A DNA stretch of 31,302 bases from the NCBI GenBank assembly GCA_031416315.1, contig JANOTL010000183.1:1-31302 (forward strand), given 5' to 3'. Origin of the DNA: Pseudomonadota bacterium. GTDB lineage: Bacteria; Bdellovibrionota_B; Oligoflexia; Oligoflexales; CAIYRB01. Shown here one piece after another: positions 23,515 through 31,302 of this stretch. The notes below the pieces were generated by a model. The model ran no database searches. It had not been told where the DNA came from and saw nothing but the letters and a program-made list of their open reading frames with translations. Made by a program: the position numbers and the translations under genes. Every line of letters begins with the position of its first letter. Position 1 is the first letter of the stretch.

Positions 23515-26061
23515 ATGCGGCACCTTTTCAAAGCGTCGATTTCCCTGACGGTCGTCGGGGTCCTGAACACCTTGAGCAGCACGGCTTACGCCGGACCTCG
23601 ATGCGTGGCGGACCTCTCTAGGGTCGACCCCGCCTTCTGCGTTAACGACGGACAATCGCTCAATTACAGCTGGTCCGCGAACGACACGGCCTTCGATTTG
23701 AGCGCCAAGCTCTGTCTGGTCGACAACTCGGGCGTCGGCAATCGCCGCGACCTGGTTTTCGCACTCGATCGGTCCCAGTCCATCTGGGGCGCTGACGCGA
23801 TCAACAAGAAGCTCGGAGCCGATCAAGTCGCGATGACGAAAGCGATGCTCGCCACACTGCGCGACGAGGCGAAAGCTAACCCGGACAAAGCTCCCAAAGT
23901 CGGGCTGATGGCCTTTTCGGTCGATCCCGCCTGTCAGGAATGGGCCGGCGAGCCGATCGTGATCGAGAAAACGTTCCCGTGCCGCTTCGTCAAAGCTGCG
24001 ACGCTCGTCGATGACGCGCATTACGCCAAGCTCGAGGCCTTCCTTGCGGAGACCGACGGCAAATACGCTCAGGGCGGGCTTGCGCAGACGAGCGACGTCG
24101 AAATCGTGGCGAGCCTCCTCGCCGACGATCAATTCGCGCTGGCAAGCAGCAAGAAAGCCGGACTGGTCCTCATGTCGGACGGACGCAGCTACAAAGGGGC
24201 GGCGAGCGACCAATATGCCTATCTCCGCTCGGGCGCCTACGCCAAAGCACTGGCAGACGGCGTAACAGCGTTTTCGAAGCCGGCGCTCAAAGGTTACGAA
24301 ATGATTTTCGCGCTCGCGCCGATCAAGGCGCCGGCCTTTGACGAGACGCATGCAGACGGACTCAGCGTTATGTGCAAACTCGCGGGCGCCGAGCCCGTCG
24401 ACTGCACGGCGCCGGTGGACTTCTCGACGCCGATGACGTGGCCCTCGAACAAACTCGACGGCCGCTCGTTCGCTGAGGCGCTTACGGTCGCCACCGGCAC
24501 GCCGGCCGACCGCGTCTTCGAACTGAAGGACAAGGCGAGCTTTGACCTTGCGCTGGACAAGCTGCGCATCACCGAAACCGGCGCCGCGCCGATCACGGGC
24601 GTAAGCTACTCAGTCGCGGGCGGCGCCCCGCAGCCGGCGAATCTCGAAGGCGTGCGCTTTACGATCCCGGCCTTGCCAACGGGGCAGGTTCTGCCCGTCG
24701 AGCTCCTCGTGCGCGTCAACACCCAAGACGTCAAGATTCCGCTCAACGTCATGACCGAGCTGTCGGCGAACGCCGGCGTCGAGCTGGCCGACAAAGAAAT
24801 GTTCTGCCTCGCGGGCGAGCAGATCGCGCCGGCGATCGAGAAACCGAAGCTTTCCCTAGACGATCTCCAGGGCGGTTCAGGAAGCTGCGGCGTCGCCGCG
24901 AGCGCGTCGGGCGCGTCGAAAGCGCCTTTTCTCGGGCTCTTTCTGCTACTGCCGGCGATCTTCGCCTTGGCTCGCCGTCAGCGCGCGCAGCTCGCAGCTG
25001 TCGCCGTCGCGGGGCTCTTCGCCGCCGAAGGCGCCAGTGCTGACGAAGCCAAAGGCCTGAACGCCATGCATCACCGCCCGGTGCTCGACGGCGCGGGTAA
25101 CACCGAGAAGGCCTCCGGCTTGGGCGCCGGGCAGCTGAAAGCCGGCCTTTTCCTGGACTACGCCAACGACGCGGTCGAGCTCTCCGGCAAGAAGGGCAAG
25201 CGCCTGGATTCAGTGGTCGATGATTTGGCCTCGATGCATGCGGTCTTCGGCCTCGGCTTGCACAAGAAGCTCAGTTTGGGCCTCGATCTACCTTACGTGC
25301 ACAAGACCGACATCGACCGCAGAATGGCGGGCGACAGCGACGACGGCCAGAAGCTCGGCCGGCCGAGCGACGCGGCGGCGCAAATCAAATTCACGGTCAC
25401 GGAAAGCCCGACGTTTGCGTTCGCGCTGATCCCGACGGCAACGATCCCCATGGGCGAGCCCGAGAATCTGACAGGAGACGGCACGCCGAACTACGGCGCC
25501 TTGCTCGCCTTCTCGGGCAGCGAAGGACTCTTGAACTGGGGCGCGAGCGTCGGCTACTTGCACCGTCAGGAAGCTTTGGTCCTCGAAGACGACCGGGCGC
25601 GGACCGTGAAGGTGCGCGGCCAGTTCCCGATCTCCATGGGCCTCGATTATCAGGTCGCGCGCCTCGTGCGGGTCGGCGGGAACTTGCAGTTCAAGCCGAC
25701 GTCGGGCGAGCGGATCGACTTCTCGAAAGCGAATCCGGCCGAATGGCAGGCGATCGGGAAGCTCAGGTTCCTGCCGACGCTCGAGACGACGCTCGGCTTC
25801 GGGACCGGCATCGGTAAAGGCTACGGCTCACCGGACTACCGCGTGTTTGCGGGTGTGAGCTGGGTTCCCGGCGCGAGCGTCCGGACCGCGGATGCGCCGA
25901 GGGCGGCGCAGGTGAAGGCGAAGGCGGAAGTGAAGCCGACGCCGGCGAAGGTCGCGCCCGTGGCGGCGAAGCCCGTCGTGGCGAAGTTGGCGCCGGTCAA
26001 GGCGAGCGGCAGCAAGGCGGCCGTGGCGAAGGCCGCGCCGAAAGCGGCAAAGAAGAAGTAG
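23515..26061 (+). CDS. Exported multi-module protein: vWA domain, internal sorting/TM segment, second signal peptide, outer-membrane beta-barrel, Lys/Ala-rich tail
   Basis: Signal peptide ending TAYA; MIDAS DRSQS (23767-23781) and LVLMSDG; GGSGSCG..TM..RRQR (24871-24984); amphipathic beta-strands ending GYGSPDYRVFAGVSW; SD GGGAG. Confidence 0.8.
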   Translation: MRHLFKASISLTVVGVLNTLSSTAYAGPRCVADLSRVDPAFCVNDGQSLNYSWSANDTAFDLSAKLCLVDNSGVGNRRDLVFALDRSQSIWGADAINKKLGADQVAMTKAMLATLRDEAKANPDKAPKVGLMAFSVDPACQEWAGEPIVIEKTFPCRFVKAATLVDDAHYAKLEAFLAETDGKYAQGGLAQTSDVEIVASLLADDQFALASSKKAGLVLMSDGRSYKGAASDQYAYLRSGAYAKALADGVTAFSKPALKGYEMIFALAPIKAPAFDETHADGLSVMCKLAGAEPVDCTAPVDFSTPMTWPSNKLDGRSFAEALTVATGTPADRVFELKDKASFDLALDKLRITETGAAPITGVSYSVAGGAPQPANLEGVRFTIPALPTGQVLPVELLVRVNTQDVKIPLNVMTELSANAGVELADKEMFCLAGEQIAPAIEKPKLSLDDLQGGSGSCGVAASASGASKAPFLGLFLLLPAIFALARRQRAQLAAVAVAGLFAAEGASADEAKGLNAMHHRPVLDGAGNTEKASGLGAGQLKAGLFLDYANDAVELSGKKGKRLDSVVDDLASMHAVFGLGLHKKLSLGLDLPYVHKTDIDRRMAGDSDDGQKLGRPSDAAAQIKFTVTESPTFAFALIPTATIPMGEPENLTGDGTPNYGALLAFSGSEGLLNWGASVGYLHRQEALVLEDDRARTVKVRGQFPISMGLDYQVARLVRVGGNLQFKPTSGERIDFSKANPAEWQAIGKLRFLPTLETTLGFGTGIGKGYGSPDYRVFAGVSWVPGASVRTADAPRAAQVKAKAEVKPTPAKVAPVAAKPVVAKLAPVKASGSKAAVAKAAPKAAKKK

Positions 26062-26142
26062 ATCGCAGGCCAGGCGAGCTATTCGCGAGGTCGGCTCTTG
26101 TCCCGGAGGCGCGGAGGCGGACGGGCCTAAACACCTATAAGT

Positions 26143-27249
26143 TTAGAAGGCGAACAGGACCCCGAGCCCGAGCTCGAGCCCGAGTTTGCCTTTTTTGTGC
26201 GCCAGTTGCGTTTGCAGGTCTTTGCCGGCGTCGGCGACGCCGCGCGATTCCTCGGCGTCGAGGGCACCTTCGAAGGCCTTGCCAAATTCCGCCACCGGGA
26301 TGCCGATGGTGAGCCCGGCGCGGGCGCCGACCAGCTTCACGAAGTTGATCTCACCGTTGGCGCCCAGACGAAGCGAGAGCACCGCGAGCTTGGAGCTGGC
26401 TTCCGTCAACTTCACGTCCGCGACGCCCGTGTCGTCTTTTTTCAGCGCCGTGATCGAAACCGTCGAGAAATCCAGGTCGAGACCGGCGAGGAAGTTGAAG
26501 TTCAGGAGCGGGCCGACGGGGAGTCTCAGATACTGGAAGTCGGTGGAGAGGCCGAAAGCGGACGCCTGCTGCTCGACCGTCACGTACGGGTTGTTGCGCT
26601 TCGGCTGGTAATCGGCCTCGATCTGCGAGGGCGTGAAGCTTCGGTAGCGCAGGCCGGGGACGATGGCGAAACGGGTGCCGAGCGGGATCGCGGCCTCGAC
26701 GTTGAGGCCAAAGTACGTGCTCTTGATCTCCTCGTCTTGCGACCAAAGGGTCGCAGGGGTCGCGCTCGTGGGCGCCTTGTAAGCTAGCTTCTGATAGGTC
26801 GAAGGCGTCATCGGGGCCGCGCCGTAGAAGCCCACGACTCTGAAAGGGTTCTTCTTTTTCTTCTTGAGCGGCTTGGTTTTGATGACGACTTTTTCGCCTT
26901 TGGCCGGCTTGTCGCTGCCCGCGGCCTCACTGCTGCCGAAGCCCGCGTCGCTCCCCTCGCCCGCGCTCTTACGCGCGATCATCCCGACCTCGATGGCGTC
27001 GAGGTCCTTCTTGGTCTCGACCTTCACCTGGATCAGCGTGTCCTTCGCCTTGGTGACGGCGCCGCAGCCGACGTCGGCGCCGCCTTCCTTCGCGAAGCAG
27101 ACCTTGTCGCCTTTCGCAAAGATCTCCACCTCTTCGATCTCAACGTCGACCATCTTCTTCTTCGCGTTGATCTCTTTGACGACGCCGGCATGGGCCGGAG
27201 CCGAGGTCAGGAGCGCAACGAGCACGAGCCAGCCGGAGTGCCGCATCAT
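26143..27249 (-). CDS. Putative outer-membrane beta-barrel protein with N-terminal soluble beta domain
   Basis: Signal peptide MMRHSGWLVLVALLTSAPAHA; alternating-hydrophobic strands; terminal beta-signal GLELGLGVLFAF; ATGA overlap with upstream gene. Confidence 0.78.
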   Translation of the reverse strand: MMRHSGWLVLVALLTSAPAHAGVVKEINAKKKMVDVEIEEVEIFAKGDKVCFAKEGGADVGCGAVTKAKDTLIQVKVETKKDLDAIEVGMIARKSAGEGSDAGFGSSEAAGSDKPAKGEKVVIKTKPLKKKKKNPFRVVGFYGAAPMTPSTYQKLAYKAPTSATPATLWSQDEEIKSTYFGLNVEAAIPLGTRFAIVPGLRYRSFTPSQIEADYQPKRNNPYVTVEQQASAFGLSTDFQYLRLPVGPLLNFNFLAGLDLDFSTVSITALKKDDTGVADVKLTEASSKLAVLSLRLGANGEINFVKLVGARAGLTIGIPVAEFGKAFEGALDAEESRGVADAGKDLQTQLAHKKGKLGLELGLGVLFAF

Positions 27250-28436
27250 TTCTCGATCCGTCCTGAACGCCAATCCGTCATGCTCACGAGCCAGCCTTCC
27301 TTGGCCCAGAGCTGGTGCGTCGTGAGCTCGGCGAGCAACACGTGCTTGCCGTCTTCCAGGCCCTGCAGGAGCTTCGAGTCGATCTCGGCCGTGCGTTTCT
27401 CCGCCGGGAACACGCACTGAATTGCGTCAGCATCCTCGGCGCGGCCGATCAGGACGACCAAGTAGGACGGGTCGGGCAACGCGCCGGCGTACGTCCACGA
27501 GATCTTGAGCGGCTTGGCCGGGTCGATCTTCAGGGCTTCCGGGGAAGTTGCGAGCTGTGGCGCTTCGAACGCCTGGACCTCGGTCGACTCCATTTCCATG
27601 TTCTGGATCTTCACCACCGGGCGGGCGACGACCATGAAGTCCTTGGCGCGCAGTTGGTACAGCAGCGTCCACTTATCGACGCCCTCGTTGACCGAGCCAT
27701 AGGCGAGCGTCAGGCGGTCCTTCGCCTCCGGGTGGACGCTGGCAGCTCCGGTGGCGAAGTCCTTGGACGCCAGGTTCTGAATGGCGACGTCGGCGGCGGC
27801 GCCTCGGAAGGGCAGGATGTCCTTGCTGAACCCGGCCCGGCAGCCCGGCGTGCGGCGCAGGCGGGACCGGATGCCTTCGGTGTCTAGGCTCTCGGCCAGT
27901 TGATGATGGTGGACCTCGGCGGCGCGCAAGGGGACGTCGAAGCGAGCGACAAGGAGGTCATTCAGCTTGCCGTCATCGACGGGATCTTTGCTCGGGTCGA
28001 TGACAGCACTGGGGCTCGGGGCTTCCTTGACGATCACGGACTCCGCGTTCTCCTTCTTGCCCGTCGGCACCCAAACGCGGATGACGACGTAGTAGAGGGC
28101 GTCGGTCCGCAGGCCGTCGATCTTCTCGGTGATCTCGCTGCGACCGGCGGCGCCTTCGCCGCAAGCCTGCGTTTTCGGAGTCGCTTTGGTCGGCTCGGTC
28201 TTCCCGTCCTGGGAGTACACGTCGAGCTCGCAGAGCGTCTTTTTCTTGGTCTTGAAGGTCAGGCGCGCGGCGTCACCGTCGCCGATCCGGTCGAGGAAGA
28301 TCGACGAGCGGTCGATGAGCCGCTCCGTCGAGGCCGTCTTCTTGCCGTCGCTCTTCTTCTTTGGCTTGAGAAAGCAGCCGCTCGCCGCCACGACGAGGGT
28401 CAGAAGCGCGACGAGCGCACGCGGCTTGGGCGTCAT
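27246..28436 (-). CDS. Hypothetical lipoprotein with probable Ig/Fn3-like domains
   Basis: Lipobox LVVAASG-C after basic N-terminus and hydrophobic stretch; IDGLRTDALYYVVIRV resembles the Fn3 'gL.p.t.Y.v.v' motif. Confidence 0.75.
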   Translation of the reverse strand: MTPKPRALVALLTLVVAASGCFLKPKKKSDGKKTASTERLIDRSSIFLDRIGDGDAARLTFKTKKKTLCELDVYSQDGKTEPTKATPKTQACGEGAAGRSEITEKIDGLRTDALYYVVIRVWVPTGKKENAESVIVKEAPSPSAVIDPSKDPVDDGKLNDLLVARFDVPLRAAEVHHHQLAESLDTEGIRSRLRRTPGCRAGFSKDILPFRGAAADVAIQNLASKDFATGAASVHPEAKDRLTLAYGSVNEGVDKWTLLYQLRAKDFMVVARPVVKIQNMEMESTEVQAFEAPQLATSPEALKIDPAKPLKISWTYAGALPDPSYLVVLIGRAEDADAIQCVFPAEKRTAEIDSKLLQGLEDGKHVLLAELTTHQLWAKEGWLVSMTDWRSGRIEK

Positions 28437-28543
28437 CAGGACTCGCGATCATTTTGAAGGAATGGACAGTCTCAAGTTTATCAGAATCACCGGGAGCGCG
28501 GAAAAGCCCCGGTTCTTATGGGAAAAACCGCCAATTCTGGGCC

Positions 28544-28572
28544 TTGACCAAGAGGTGTCTCGGCACTAGAGT
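28544..28572 (+). promoter_or_regulatory. Predicted sigma70 promoter of pyrG-kdsD
   Basis: TTGACC (28544-28549), 17 nt, TAGAGT (28567-28572). Confidence 0.65.
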
Positions 28573-28638
28573 GAACTCCCGTCCAGCTAAGCATTGCGCG
28601 TTCCGCTCAAAATCCCCGTCCAAGACGCAGGTCGATCG

Positions 28639-30257
<1,619 letters not shown>

Positions 30258-30261
<4 letters not shown>

Positions 30262-31220
30262 ATTTCGTCGCGTGGGGGAGGGCGACGCTCGCGACGGAGG
30301 CCGAGGCGTTGGGCGCGACGGCGGCGCGCCTCGGACCGAGTTTTGCCGATGCTTGCGAGGCGATCCTGAAACGCCGCGGCAAGGTGATTACCACGGGGCT
30401 CGGGAAATCGGGACACATCGCGCGCAAGATCGCGTCGACCTTGTCTTCAACCGGAACTTCCGCCTTTTTCCTGCACCCGACCGAGGCGCTGCACGGCGAC
30501 TTCGGCATGATTCAGCCGGACGATTCGCTGATCGCCATCGCTTACGGCGGCGAGACGCAGGAGGTGCTGGAGGTGGCGCGGTTCGCGCGACGCCTGCACG
30601 TGCCGGTGATCGGGATCACGGGGAAGCTCGAATCCTCGCTGGCGACCATCAGTGATTACGCCTTGGACGGCAGCGTCGTGAAGGAGGCCGATCCGCACAA
30701 TCTGGCTCCGACCTCGTCGTCGACCGTGGCGATCGCCCTGGGCGACGCGATCGCCTGCGCCTTGGCGCAGGCGAAGGGCTTCAGCTCAGGCGATTTCGCG
30801 GCTCTGCATCCCGGCGGCTCGCTCGGGCGGCGGCTGTCGCGCGTGGCAGACCACATGCACACCGGCGTAAGGCTGCCGCGCGTGCGCGAGGACGCGGATT
30901 TCCATCAGACGCTCGAGGCGGTCACGGCGCATAACTTCGGGATCGTGGCGGTCGTGTCGCCTGAGGACGTTCTCATCGGCGCGGTCTCGGACGGCGACGT
31001 GCGGCGGGCCTTGCTCAAGCTGGACGGGGCGGCGTTGAAGTGCCGGGCGCGGGACGTGATGACGAAGGCCCCGAAGACCGTGACCTCCGATGCTTTGGCG
31101 CTCGACGCCTTGACCCTGATGAACGAGAAGCAAATCACGCAGCTGTTCGTTACCTGCAAGGACGGAAAGCTGGCCGGCATCGTACGCCTGCACGACCTTT
31201 TGGCGGCGAAAATCGTCTGA
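30258..31220 (+). CDS. kdsD: Arabinose-5-phosphate isomerase, KpsF/GutQ family (SIS + CBS pair)
   Basis: [39 protein letters not shown]-terminal CBS domains; ATGA overlap with pyrG. Confidence 0.93.
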
Positions 31221-31302
31221 GATATCGTGTAGACTGAAAGTCCGTCGATAAACGGCCATCTGCCGCCGCGCCAGCGGTGCGGAGATCCTCACTTACTCGA
31301 CG

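Noticed and set aside
26062..26142. Bidirectional terminator between convergent genes
   Set aside because: Only weak hairpins and no U-tracts

Overview
High-GC bacterial chromosome segment spanning the replication origin. Gene content and order suggest Bdellovibrionota/Oligoflexia or another deltaproteobacteria-like lineage (inference). On the minus strand, the F1Fo ATP synthase genes (atpZ/I-like, atpI-like, atpB, atpE, then atpF', atpF, atpH, atpA, atpG, atpD) are interrupted by four parS sites and parA-parB. Divergent from these are dnaA, an oriC (DnaA boxes, DnaA-trios, A/T-rich tract), dnaN, gyrB, gyrA, gatCAB, a serine hydrolase and an FAD oxidoreductase. There is no recF and no rpmH-rnpA-yidC-mnmEG block. 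Next come three uncharacterised envelope genes, then pyrG and kdsD. The most unusual element is the 848-aa ORF at 23515-26061. It reads as two exported proteins in one frame: signal peptide, Cys-rich vWA domain, an internal Gly-Gly/Cys-TM-Arg sorting-type anchor, a second signal peptide, an outer-membrane beta-barrel and a basic Lys/Ala/Pro tail. A perfect DnaA box lies just upstream of it. All calls come from reading motifs by eye; no database searches were run.
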